Positions 27,183-49,072 of a DNA stretch of 64,000 nucleotides are shown piece after piece. Location of the stretch: the NCBI GenBank assembly GCA_002269645.1, contig NIVC01000445.1, forward strand, positions 434,001 through 498,000. Direction: 5' to 3'. Both the position numbers and the translations under genes were made by a program. The DNA is from Macrostomum lignano (lineage: Eukaryota). Every line of letters starts with the position of its first letter. The first letter of the stretch is position 1. A model generated the notes under the pieces. It was given only the letters and a program-made list of their open reading frames with translations, ran no database searches and was not told the origin of the DNA.

Positions 27183-28879
27183 TTTCTACAGTCTTAAGTC
27201 TTAAATTCGTTTATTTTTGAACCGGTAAAACTCAGCAGACATGCTTATTTAATTAGCCTGCTTGTAGAATTAGGCACAGACAAATTTTGCAGCTTTACAA
27301 ACTTAAAATTTCGTTTAAAAGTAGATAAATTTAAATTTCACTTTTATAAAGGCAAAAAACGCTAATTTTGCTACTGAAAAAAAGAGTAGAGAAACGCATT
27401 TTTTTTGTGAGTGACACATCTAGTTATTTTAGTATCTGTGGTTATTGCAGAAAGAATGCTTGCAGTGCATGCTTGACTTGGCGTAGATATTTAGCAGAAC
27501 TTTTGTTGCTTTATCTAACATCAAATCGAATGCCTATTAACAAAGTTTTTTATGTTTTATTACATAAAGCAGTGCTGTTTTTCATTCAATATATCGGCGC
27601 ATCTTCATCCGTGCAAATTGATGCTATTATGAGGAACATTATTACGCTATCGTGGCTATTGGGTATAAATTGAGTTGCGTTTATGGAATTTAATTCACTC
27701 CTTTTATTATAAACACTTTTAAAACTACTTAATTTAATTCTCTAACTTCAATCGATTCAGAAAAAAATATAACAAAAAACTGCAGTGCGTGTAAGGCTCT
27801 AGTTTTTACACCAGAAAAAAGGAGAAAATCCATTTAATTATGAGCTGGTCAATTATTTATTATCTCTCTGGTGGTAAGTTAATTGTGGAGAAAATTGAAG
27901 GTTACAGATTGCGCAATAGCAACTACAAAGGCAAAACAATTCAGGGCGGCAATTATCTTATGCTAATATTGTCGAGTCGGTTCCAAAATTCGGGTTAAAT
28001 ATGAAAGAGTAATGGTTTGAGTGAATTTCAGTACTTGCAAAACACTTTAAACGCTGCTAATAGAGGAACTACTATAGAGGGTACAAGTACTCGTACTCGT
28101 TTATCGTCAAAAAGATACAAAATCTAATTGATTTTATGTAGTACTTTAGAGTCAGAGGGAGGAACTTGACTGTACATAGAGGGGTAGGGTTTGCTGGGCT
28201 ACGTGCGTACATTGGGGTAAGGCTTTTACCACCTCGCATGTACATAAGGATAGGGTTTGTCTATCAGCGTGAGTGCACACAGGGGTAGGATCAGGGCGTG
28301 CTGGGCTGCGTGCGTACATTGGGGTAAGCCCTTTGCAGGCCGGATGTACACACATAGGGGTAGGGTTAGCTGGGCTTCTTTACGAGTAAGCTGCATGCAC
28401 TTGACTTTAAATTCATCAGCAATGCTTACTTGGGGATTCTCAGAACAGAGTGCCTACACATGCAGCGTGGTTCGCTTTACTATTAATAAATTATAGCACG
28501 AGTAGCAATATGCTTCAATGCCAAGAGAGCCTGTTTCTGTCGCAGCACGTAAGCCAAACAATAAACACCCAACAGTTTAACAATTAATTTAAACAAATCG
28601 CGCAAAAACGATACTTCTAGAAATTCCGGTCTTCTACGCTACTGAAAACTGTCTGCAGTAAAAAGCGTTTGATAAAAAGAAAAGAAACAAAGAGTCAAAG
28701 ACTAAGAACAAATAAAGCATGAGACAGCTAGAGAGGTCGTACGATTTAACAATTGCAATAATCTTCAGCATAAGATGCAAACAGTTGAATAGCTGGCAAA
28801 AGTACATGCATATTGAACCAACTTACAGGATGGCTTTGGCAACCCGCCATGGCTGACGCCGCGGACGCTATCGCCCCTC

Positions 28880-29130
28880 AAATAAAATGGCACCCTTCAA
28901 ATAAAATGGCACCCCCTTAAATAGAATGGCACCCTCTCAAATAAAATGGCACCCCTCAAATTAAAAATGGCATCCTCTCAAATAAAATGGCACCCTCTCA
29001 ACTTAAAAATGGCACCCCTCAAATTAAAAATGGCACCCTCTCAACTTAAAAATGGCACCCTATCAAAGAAAATGGCACCCTATCAAAGAAAATGGCACCC
29101 TCTCAACTTAAAAATGGCACCCCTCAAAAA
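28880..29130. repeat. Degenerate ~21-bp minisatellite (AAAATGGCACCC core)
   Basis: About 12 units, directly visible. Confidence 0.85.
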
Positions 29131-29544
29131 AAAAGTACTCCCTAAAATAAATGACACCCACTAAAATATAATTGCGCCCCCCCCCCCAAATTACAAATCT
29201 CAATACATTTACATATTTGCATAAAGCGTACAAAACAACAAAAATGAAAGCAAAAGTACACAACACTGATTATAGTTAAATGTTGCATTGCCATCGATTA
29301 ATATAGCCGGAAACTCGCTAGATTCAAATCTTATAATTAGAGATTCAAAATAAGCGTTGTCTAAATCAAAAAAGGAAAAAGCTGTTCAAAACAATACGCA
29401 CATCATACTACTACTACTAACTACTGAGTACTATCGAAAACTTATCGCGCATTGATAATCTAAAACAGTTTTATAAAGCATAGGATTTGTTACTGAACTG
29501 AACCTAGAAGAGCTGCAGAGGTCAGGACAGTCGCAGAGATTGAA

Positions 29545-35171
<5,627 letters not shown>

Positions 35172-36797
35172 TATTCAAAAGAAAAAGGTAAACCAAAATA
35201 TCTGCCGAAAATTAGCTGAAATCAATCAAAAATCGTCACCCAACGGATTCAAACCGCAGATCTTAAAACTGGATCCAGTCCTTAAAACTGGATCTGTTTG
35301 AAATTTGTGTAGTGTTAACGTCTTTTAAAATACCTACCTAAACTAATAGAAGCAATTAATACAATTATAGGTTTTAAGTTAATATCATACAGCAAAACTA
35401 GGCATGAATAAGATGAAGACTCAAGCTAGGTAATAGCGCGATTACCAGATTTAACAAACAAAACAGCTTTAAACAGTTTTTACTGGGTCAGATAAAGAAG
35501 TAAAAACACTTGTTTGCCAGTTATTTTTCTGTTTTCGTGATTGTCGTTAGGTTCTTTCCAGGAAAATAAAAAAGTTAAAAATATTTACTTTAATTTAAAC
35601 GGTTAAACAACAAAAGAAACGTAGAAACATTATTGGTTTGGTAATGTTATGAATGTTTTGCATATTTTGCAAAAGTTTTTTTTCTGTGATGGAAATATAC
35701 TTTGTATTCAGAATAACCTGATAAAACATTGTACTATTTACATTGGAAGGCTGCTGTTTAACGTAAAGGTTTGGAAACATTTGCATCCCTCTAGTCTTGA
35801 CATTTTGCTTTTATCTTGTTCATTTGAAGTCCTCCACTCAAGTAATGCAAGACTTTTTTGGCTTCTGTCGATTTCCTTGCTAGTATGCTCCGAAATCCAT
35901 TTTATTTTATCAATTTAGTTATAATAGGGAAGAACTAAAACAATAAGTTCATCTAAACAATTTTAATTTTAATTTTAATTTTCAATTTTAATAAGTTTAT
36001 CTAAACAACAATAAAGTGGAACTTTTTACCTTTCATATTTGTTAACATTTCACTTTAGACAAGCTTCTTGATTTTATATTCATTTTAGAAAGATAGACAG
36101 GACATTTAAAATCCAAACTATTCTTGATTGGGCTAGCTTACTAGCTTCCTAGCTATAGTTTGTCTACTTATTTTTTTAGTAAATATGATTTTATTATAGA
36201 ACTGCGTCACATTAACTTGACTTTTATGGTCAGATGAACTTAACTTATCTATTTTGTGAATAATTGTAAACAATTGTTTGTCTAAGAGTGTTTTCAATTC
36301 TCAATTGACTTTTGTATTCTTTTTTATAATTTCATTGGTTGACTGTCTTAATGAATGCTAAAAATAATCTGAAATCATCAAAAATTCAAAACAAAAAATA
36401 ACTTAGCTTATAATTTTTCAGCAGTGGAACTTTTTACCTTTCATATTTGTTAACATTTCACTTTAGACAAGCTTCTTGATTTTATATTCATTTTAGAAAG
36501 ATAGACAGGACATTTAAAAGACCAGTCTTGTCGTTGAATAATATAAGAACTTTGTTTATGTGTCTTTTCGTTGTATATTCTGAATTAAAACTATTTGTAT
36601 GGTATCTGTCTTTTGTAAAGCCTTTTGGATATTTCTGTATTATTTGGCCTAAGAGTTAAAAACAGAATTGCTTGTTCTTTTCAAAAAATTATATTTAAAA
36701 ATGAATTGCACTCCTTTTTAAGCTTAAAGTTGCATTGTGGAAAATATGCAGCACCAATCCACACTTTAATGCGCTATCAATCGCGAACCCTGTCATT

Positions 36798-39700
36798 ATG
36801 AACTTCGGTCGCAGCGCCGATCCATTCGGATTCAACAGCGTCGATCAGGACGTTGGCATGGGACTGCAGCGCGGCTTTGCTGTCGACTTTGACGCGGCCG
36901 CAGTTCAGCCGCCAGCAAATGCCAGCACAACCTTTGACGCCGACAATGGCACCAGCGGCTACGGGATTGCCCGGTCCGACAGCCCCTACCGACTGGCTGA
37001 GCAGCAGCAGCAGCAGTCAGCAGCCGGAGACGACGAATTTGACTTTCAGCTGAACTTTGCCGACCAGCAGCAGGCAGCTCGGGAGCAGACCAACGAGCAG
37101 GAGCAGCAAAGTCGACTTGAGCCGATCGACCTACTAGCTGGATTGCGCAGCGATGAGGCGCCAACCGCTGATTCTATGGATGCTGGCGGGGCTGTCGAAA
37201 TGGCAACTGGGACAGAAATTGAAGCAAAATCTGTCGAGATTAATAGCCCCGCTAAGAGTTCAACAACTGGTCCTGGGGATGGTCCCACAACTGGTCCTAC
37301 TGGTCCCACAACTGATCCTACTGGCCCTACAACTGGCCCTACAACTGGCCCTACAACTGGCCCTACAACTGGCCCTACAACTGGCCCTATAACTGATCCT
37401 ACTGGCCCTACAACTGGTCCTACAACTGGCCCTACAACTGGCCCTACAACTGGCCCTATAACTGATCCTACTGGCCCTACAACTGGTCCTACAACTGGTC
37501 CTACTGGTCCTACAACTGGCCCTACAACTGGTCCTAAAACTGGTCCTACTGGCTCTACAACTGGCCCTACAACTGGCCCTACAACTGGCCCTACAACTGG
37601 CCCTATAACTGATCCTACTGGCCCTACAACTGGTCCTACAACTGGTCCTACAACTGGTCCTACTGGTCCTACAACTGGCCCTACAACTGGTCCTAAAACT
37701 GGTCCTACTGGCTCTACAACTGGCCCTACAACTGGCCCTACAACTGTTCCTACAACTGATCATACTGGTCCTACAACTGGACCTACTACTGGTCCACTAT
37801 CCAGTTATCCAAGTCCAGTCACTAAGTCGCTGGCAACCGCAGCCGCCTCAGCAGAGACCGACTCGAGTAGCCCTTCAAAATATGCCACAGCCGCCACCGC
37901 GGCCAACTTCAGTGATGAAGCGCCTTCAGCGGAGCTGCAGCCCGAGCTCGAATCTGGTCATTCCGACTGGAATAATGTGCCGCAAGTAACGCTCAAATAT
38001 GCCAAAGATGAAGGTGAGATTATTTGGCCTTGCTTTTCCAGAAAAGTACAACTGCTGAGCTAGGCAGATTCATGGGCTGCACGGGCTGCTTTTGACTAAA
38101 AAAAGCTTCGCAAAAAATCTGTGCAGAAATGAGACGCGCTTTGCTAAAGGATCCCTGTACAACAATACAATAGTGTGACAATACGTAAAAATGAAAGATC
38201 GTGTAACTTTTTGAGGACCAAATTCCTGGAAAAATACACTGCGGAGATAGGAAAAAATCATATTAATGATTGCATCTGATCTGGGGCAGTGAAGATTGTC
38301 ATTCTTTTAACTGGCAATTTTATGTTTAGCCGTGTAGTAAAGCTTAAATTTTCGGGATAGCGACGTTTGCCTGCGGGACGCTTGCCAGCCGACGTTTGCC
38401 TGCGGGACGTTTGCCAGCCGACGTTTGCCTGCGGGACGTTTGCCAGCCGACGTTTGCCTGCGGGACGTTTGCCAGCCGACGTTTGCCTGCGGGACGTTTG
38501 CCAGCCGACGTTTGCCTGCCGGAAGTTTGCCAGCCAAAATTTGCTAGCCAATATAAAGCCAGTCAGTGAAAAATTTGATACTGAAATATTCGCAGTTTAG
38601 CGGTTTGACAAAAACCGTTTTTACTCCAACTTTTTGACGGTTATTCGCATATATACAAGTTTGAAAGCAAAATATATAAATTATGCAGTTCATCAGTCTA
38701 ACGTCTAATATCTAGTTTACCAACGATTTTGGCTCAACATATCAAAAGATGAACATTGGGTTTATATATTTTGCTTTCAAACTTGTATATATGCGAATAA
38801 CTGTCAAAAAGTTGGAGTAAAAATGGTTTTTGTCAAACCGCTAAACTGCGAATATTTCAGTATCAAATTTTTCACTGACTGGCTTTATATTGGCTAGCAA
38901 ATTTTGGCTGGCAAACTTCCGGCAGGCAAATGTCGGCTGGCAAACGTCGGCTGGCAAATGTCGGCTGGCAAACGTCCCGCAGGCAAACGTCCCGCAGGCA
39001 AACGTCGTAGACCCAAATTTTCATATAATATTTTCTTGCCATTTCATAATCTCCTGCTATACTACGAGTGCAGTGGTCCTTGGCAATTTTTTTAAAAGCT
39101 AGTTTTTCAAAATTCTTCTAAAAAAAGATTTTTTTCATCTTGTTAAACTGCAATAAATTTTCAAACAGTGGAAGACGAGTCGGACGAGGACGAGGAGGCG
39201 TCTGCAGCAGCCGTCGGGCAGGCGGCTCCGGCCGCCAGCCTGGCCGAGTGCGTGGCCCACTTCGAAGCGGCAGGAATTCTCGGACAGTACAGGGCCGGCA
39301 TTCAAACCCGGGTGGAGCAGAGGGGCCTGGCCGCGCTGCACAACTTTCTGTGCGGGCCGCCCCGCCTGAGGGGGGCGTTGAGAGACCGGAGAGACTTCGT
39401 GTTCTGCCTGGCCTGCTGTGAGCGTGGCAAAGGCGATTTTCGACAGATACCCAATGAGGCACCCACAGATACCCAATGAGGCACCCACAGATACCCAATG
39501 AGGCACTCCACAGATACCCCATGAGGCACCCCACAGATACCCAATGAGGCACCCCACAGATACCCAATGAGGCACCCCACAGATACCCAATGAGGCACCC
39601 CACAGATACCCAATGAGGCGTCTCACAGATACCCAATGAGGCATCTCACAGATACCCAATGAGGCATCTCACAGATACCCAATGAGTCATCTCACAGATA

Positions 39701-42257
39701 CCCAATGAGGCACCCCACAGATACCCAATGACCCAATGAGGCACCCACAGATACCCAATGAGGCACCCACAGATACCCAATGAGGCACCCACAGATACCC
39801 AATGAGGCACCCACAGATACCCAATGAGGCACCCACAGATACCCAATGAGGCGTCTCACAGATACCCAATGAGGCACCCCACAAATACCCAATGAGGCAC
39901 CCCACAGATACCCTGTAGGTTGCAACAGATAGCTAAAAAAGAGTTTGCCACCCCCTGACACTCAGCTTAACACCCCTGAAACAACAACTTGACACCGCAT
40001 TTCAGGTCCGTTCGACGAGCGAGACGAAGTTCACCAGCGGATGCTTGCCACGGTGTACCGCGGCCTCCTGCAAGACCCTCGCCGGCCGTGTCCCAGATTC
40101 GGTGCCCACTGGGAGGCTGTCGGCTTTCAAGTGAGCCTTTTTGATTCCATTTTTACTTATTTTCTACGTGTTGCTAGTGAAGTCTAGTTATGCTACTGAG
40201 TGTATTCAGTTAGTAGGCGATTTTGCAAACGGCCGCTATTTCTTGAAAACAGACGCACTTTCCGGATAGTTGTAATTTGGAATACCATAATTTAGCCATT
40301 GAAAGAGGATGGGGAATCGAGGATGGGGAATCGAGGATGGGGAATCGAGGATGGGGAATCGAGGATGGGGAATCGAGGATGGGGAATCGAGGATGGGGAA
40401 TCGAGGATGGGGAATCGAGGATGGGGAATCGAGGATGGGGAATCGAGGATGGGGAATCGAGGATGGGGAATCGAGGATGGGGAATCGAGGATGGGGAATC
40501 GAGGATGGGGAATCGAGGATGGGGAATCGAGGATGGGGAATCGAGGATGGGGAATCGAGGATGGGGAATCGAGGATGGGGAATCGAGGATGGGGAATCGA
40601 GGATGGGGAATCGAGGATGGGGAATCGAGGATGGGGAATCGAGGATGGGGAATCGAGGATGGGGAATCGAGGATGGGGAATCGAGGATGGGGAATCGAGG
40701 ATGGGGAATCGAGGATGGGGAATCGAGGAATCCACCGCATCATTTCGCCAACCGCCGCAGGGCAGCGACCCCAGCACTGACCTTCGCGGCTGCGGCATGC
40801 TGGGCCCGCTCTGCCTGCTGCACCTGGTGACGTCACCGCGCCTCGCCAGCCTCCGCGCCGACGCTTTCCGCCTATCGCTAGACGCCGAGCAGAATTATCC
40901 ATTCTGCGTGATGAGCATCAACCTGACCAGAGCTGTGCTCATCGCCCTGCGGCACCAGAGTCTGAATCGCCTCATCAACTCCAGCGGAGACCCTTTGGCA
41001 ACGTTTTTGGACGTCTACGCCGCGTTGCTGCAGCGCCTGCACACCGTCTGGCGGTCGGGCGGCAAGACCATCATGGACTCCGGCTTTGTTGTGCGCGGTG
41101 AGCCCGCTCCGCCCCCATTCAGCTCCGCTCCGCCCCCATTCAGCTCCGCTCCGCCCCCATTCAGCTCCGCTCCGCCCCCATTCCGCTCCGCTCCGCCCCC
41201 ATTCAGCTCCGCTCCGCCCCCATTCAGCTCCGCTCCGCCCCCATTCAGCTCCGCTCCGCCCCCATTCCGCTCCGCTCCGCCCCCATTCAGCTCCGCTCCG
41301 CCCCCATTCAGCTCCGCTCCGCCCCCATTCAGCTCCGCTCCGCCCCCATTCAGCTCCGCTCCGCCCCCATTCAGCTCCGCTCCGCCCCCATTCAGCTCCG
41401 CTCCGCCCCCATTCAGCTCCGCTCCGCCCCCATTCCGCTCCGCTCCGCCCCCATTCAGCTCCGCTCCGCCCCCATTCAGCTCCGCTCCGCCCCCATTCAG
41501 CTCCGCTCCGCCCCCATTCCGTTCCGCTCCGCCTCCATTTAGCTCCGCCCCTATTCCGCTCCCATTCCGCTCTCATCCTATCGCTAACTAATTTCCTTAC
41601 TCAATATCCAAGAGGGGGTAAAGAACCGCGTAGAGATTCAAATTGCCTTGAGAATCCATGTTGATAAAGCTCACACTCAGTCTTGCATTAGACTAGAACT
41701 CAAGTAGATCATCAGAGGCGCTGTACTTTAAGAGATCAGACCTCACCCGAATTCGACACAAAATTTATATGCAACGTGCAAAGAAAGAAAATCCGAAGGG
41801 CTTATTATAAGCTACTCTCAATAGGCAAGGCGAAGTAGGCGTTGCATTGGCTAGAAAAAACTTATCATTATGTTACGCAGGTGAGGCGGAGACAGACAGA
41901 CAGGCAGGTACAGAGACGGTAAGATGGCCAGTGGGGATTAGGTTGACATCTTACAAAGTCAGCTGTTGCCCATAATAATTAGAGGAAAAAGCAGCGCGCC
42001 CGCACAGCAGGGGAGGCAGAAATGTTGAGCTCAACAATAGTTTCGCCAAAATTAATGATTTATTTTTTAATTGTGAAGCTGACTGAAGCAATGCTTTATT
42101 AACAGACCTGGAGACCGCCTGCATCAGGAACCCGGAGGCGCTTCTCAGAGAACTGCAGCAGCCGACAGCAGAGGGCGACATGAACGGCGGTTTCACCGGC
42201 CAGGGCGGCGCTGCGAAAGTGAACTCGGACAATTTCGTGGATCTCTGCAGCGACTGA
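36798..42257 (+). CDS. ELMOD3: ELMO domain-containing protein 3-like (ARF/ARL GAP family) with a long low-complexity N-terminus
   Basis: Five GT-AG exons in consistent phase: 36798-38013, 39169-39417 ([15 protein letters not shown]), 40006-40130 (HWEAVGFQ), 40761-41097 ([34 protein letters not shown]) and 42106-42257. Motifs match ELMOD3 ([47 protein letters not shown]). The start codon choice is inferred. Confidence 0.88.
37261..37795 (+). repeat. In-frame 9/12-bp minisatellite (ACAACTGGCCCT = TTGP) in ELMOD3 exon 1
   Basis: Directly visible; the frame is open and continuous with flanking unique coding-like sequence. Confidence 0.9.
38354..39014. mobile_element. Foldback-type element, 661 bp, in ELMOD3 intron 1
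   Basis: Inverted arms 38354-38680 and 38761-39014 around an 80-bp spacer; arms contain CGTTTGCC(A/T)GC repeats; GGG...CCC termini; perfect 8-bp TSD AAATTTTC (38346-38353 and 39015-39022). Confidence 0.88.
39444..39912. repeat. 22-23-bp minisatellite (CAGATACCCAATGAGGCACCC(C)A), ELMOD3 intron 2
   Basis: About 20 units. Confidence 0.93.
40305..40728. repeat. 14-bp minisatellite (GAGGATGGGGAATC), ELMOD3 intron 3
   Basis: About 30 perfect units. Confidence 0.95.
41103..41560. repeat. 21-bp minisatellite (CCGCTCCGCCCCCATTCAGCT), ELMOD3 intron 4
   Basis: About 21 units starting right after the GTGAG donor. Confidence 0.95.
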
Positions 42258-42922
42258 TTAAAGAAGAAATATTTAATAGCTTAATATTCTGCATTTCCTG
42301 CCTGCATGACGTTTTGTGGTATCCCAATGACCGGTCGTTCGGGATTCAATTGCTGCTTGGTCATCGCTGCGTGACGGGAGATCGGAGATGCATTTCTTAT
42401 TTTCTTTGCGTTATTGATTGTTGCGATTCGACGGGCCTAGGCAGGGATCTGGGAATCACGTATTACCATCAAGATATCAGGATGCATAGCGAGCGGCAGT
42501 TCCAGGCCCAGTACCCTTCACATCATCCCTTTTCTAAGAAATTGTGTATCGGATACATCCTTGAGAGTGTTTCTCTTTGACTGAGCAAGATTTCATGTTG
42601 CTTTCTTCCCGCAGGCAGGACTAAAATTTTCCTCTTTGAAATATTTTGCCCCGAGGAAAAACTCATGACCGGATGAGAAATGCTGGTAAAAATTTTTTTA
42701 TTTAGAAGACGTTTTATATGATTCAATGCCGTCCGTTTTATTGATTGATCGCTTCAAATCATTTATAGCCTCGAGCGAAGGCCCAATGCCCTATGCTTGT
42801 GCTAATGTATAATATACCATGCTCAGCTTCTGTGTTGCGCTCTGGTGCCGTCCGGTGCCGACACACAAAATAGTACTGATTGATTTTTTGGGTTTTTCTA
42901 TTATTATCCTATCTATTTTCTG

Positions 42923-45807
<2,885 letters not shown>

Positions 45808-46299
45808 TAAATAGAAACTTTCTCACTGCTCATTCAACACACGCGATCCTGTTTTCTGAGGCGCACATCGCTTCCCTTCCCTCTGCCTATTCCTTATGAA
45901 CAGATGGGACAGAGGCTTTAAAGGCGAAGAACAATAGGCAATTGCAAAAAAATGCTTGCTGCAAAAAATGCCAAACTAGCTCAGTTGTGCAGAAATGCAG
46001 AAATACTGAAACCGGGGCAGAAATGCAATTTGATTGATGACAGGCTGACAAGGTGAGAGGGGGCGACTTCAACCTCACAGCTCTTGTCAACTGTTAGCTT
46101 GCAAGCCTGCACTAAAGTTAGTACAATACATGTAAATTTAGTGGAGAACTGCATTCTGCTTTAAACTCAACATTTTACCGAAAGCTACTTGAAATATGAT
46201 GCATGGCAGTTTGATTTTTTATCAACATCTGCGCATTGGCGGGTACAGACAGGCTCGCGGCGCCTGCTTGATGTGCTGCGGAGGTTGAAGTGGGTACAG

Positions 46300-47068
46300 G
46301 TACAGACGAATGGCATCGACAGTACAGTACAGACAGTAGAGTACAGACAGATGGGAACAGGCAGGAGAGAACATACAGGAGGGTACAGGCAGGTGGGTAC
46401 AGACAGTACAGTACAGAGAGGCCGGAGGGTACTGACAGTTGGGTACAGACAGGAGGGTACAGACAAGAGGGTACAGACAAGAGGGTACAGGCAGGTGGGT
46501 ACAAGCAGGTGGATACAGACAGTACAGTACAGACAGGAGGGCACCGGCAGGAGGGCACAGCAAGCAGGAGGGCCCAGACAGGAAGGCACCGGCAGGAGGG
46601 CACAGACAGGAAGGCACCGGCAGGAGGGCACAGACAGGAGGGCCCAGACAGGAAGGCACTGGCAGGAGGGCACAGACAGGAGGGCACAGACAGGAGGGCA
46701 CAGACAGGAGGGTACAGACAGTAGGGCACAGACAGGAGGGCACAGACAGGAGGGCTCAGCAGGAGGGCACAGACAGGAGTGCACCGGCAGGAGGGCACAG
46801 ACAGGAGGGCACAGACAGGAGTGCACCGGCAGGAGGTTACAGACAGGAGGGCACAGACAGGAGGGCTCAGCAGGAGGGCACAGACAGGAGGGCACCGGCA
46901 GGAGGGCACAGACAGGAGGGCACAGACAGGAGGGCACAGACAGGAGGTTACAGACAGGAGGGCACAGACAGGAGGGCACAGACAGGAGTGCACCGGCAGG
47001 AGGTTACAGACAGGAGGGCACAGACAGGAGGGCACAGACAGGAGGGCACAGACAGGAGGGCACAGCAG
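46300..47068. repeat. Degenerate 14-bp-core minisatellite (ACAGACAGGAGGGC)
   Basis: Directly visible; more regular toward the right. Confidence 0.9.
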
Positions 47069-47594
47069 GAGGATAGAGACACGGCACAGAATCGAACCAG
47101 TGGCTTGTGGTGCGAGATTCAGTGCGAAAGCCGGGCAGGGAGTTTAAAAAATCATTTTTAAAAAATGGATAAGACTTTTGGCAAGGCAGTCCAGTGTCCC
47201 TCCATGGGGCGGTGAATCCACTAGGAATCCATGTAGAGGACTCTCTGGAGCAATAATTAATGCCAAAAAATAAATAATTCCTGTTTTGCTAATGCATTTT
47301 CGAGCAACATTCCGGGTACAACCAAAACTCTGTGCTCAGCCAATGACTGCCGATGTCCACTACTGAGGAAGGGCATTGGTTAGCAGCTGATGTACAGGCG
47401 CCGGTGTTTCAAGGATACTAAAAAGCAACAAACTAAGGACTGCCTGCTGCGCTGTCTAACAGAGTAATTTATTGAAATATCGACGTAAAATCCTTCCTTT
47501 CAAACCTTGACTTCGCCGAGGCGCAGGTTGTTGTCTAATTTTTAACTGCTGCTTGAGCAGATTGATCTACAGTAAGTTTTGTATTCTATTGTCA

Positions 47595-48160
<566 letters not shown>

Positions 48161-48187
48161 TTTGCTGAGCGCTTGCTGAAGTTTGCG

Positions 48188-48260
<73 letters not shown>

Positions 48261-48769
48261 AACTTGAGTCTATGTATACTAGTTCAATATTATCGTCTAG
48301 CAAGTATGATTAGTTTTGTATAGAAGCGTGCTTTATCGCAACAGATCCGTCAATCAATAAACCTGTCATCATGCATTACTGACTATCAATAATTTATGCA
48401 ACGCGGAAGAGATAATAGCCTACCTGCTTGCAATTAAGTGACAATCCTTTCGTAGCACCTGGGACCTTTTTGGCTTCATTTCGCCATTCGTTTTTTTGCT
48501 AATAGAACTAGAATATACTCTCGACCCGTGTCCAAAAAGTCAATAAAAAAAAAATCAATCAAGTGAGCAAAAATCAGAACCGTGTGCTAGAAATCCTGTT
48601 CTGCAATCACAATAGTTGCTTTGAACTTATCTAATAAACTGTCTTTTAACCAGAGATTTTTACTTAAGAGAGCCTTACTTAAATTGCTGGCTTGGCTTGC
48701 AGTCTGTGGGAAAGTGCAGTGGCTTAACCATTAGACATAATTGTCTGTCTATCAGTCTGTCTGTCAGTC

Positions 48770-49072
48770 TGTCGGTCATAGACAAGCTGGATAGGCTGTG
48801 CCATCATAGGTTGGATAGGTTGGGCCATAGACATAGGTTGGATAGGCTGTGCCATAGACAGGCTGGATAGGCTGAGCCATAGACATAGGTTGGATAGGAG
48901 CTGTGCCATAGACAGGCTGGATATGCTGAGCGATAGACAAAGGTTGGATAGGTTGGGCCATAGACATAGGTTGGATAGGTTGGGCCATAGATATAAGTTG
49001 GATAGGTTGGGCCATAGACGTAGGTTGGATAGGTTGGGCCATAGAAATAGGTTGGATAGGCTGGGCCATAGA
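48770..49072. repeat. ~24-bp minisatellite (GGTTGGATAGGTTGGGCCATAGAC..)
   Basis: About 12 degenerate units. Confidence 0.88.
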
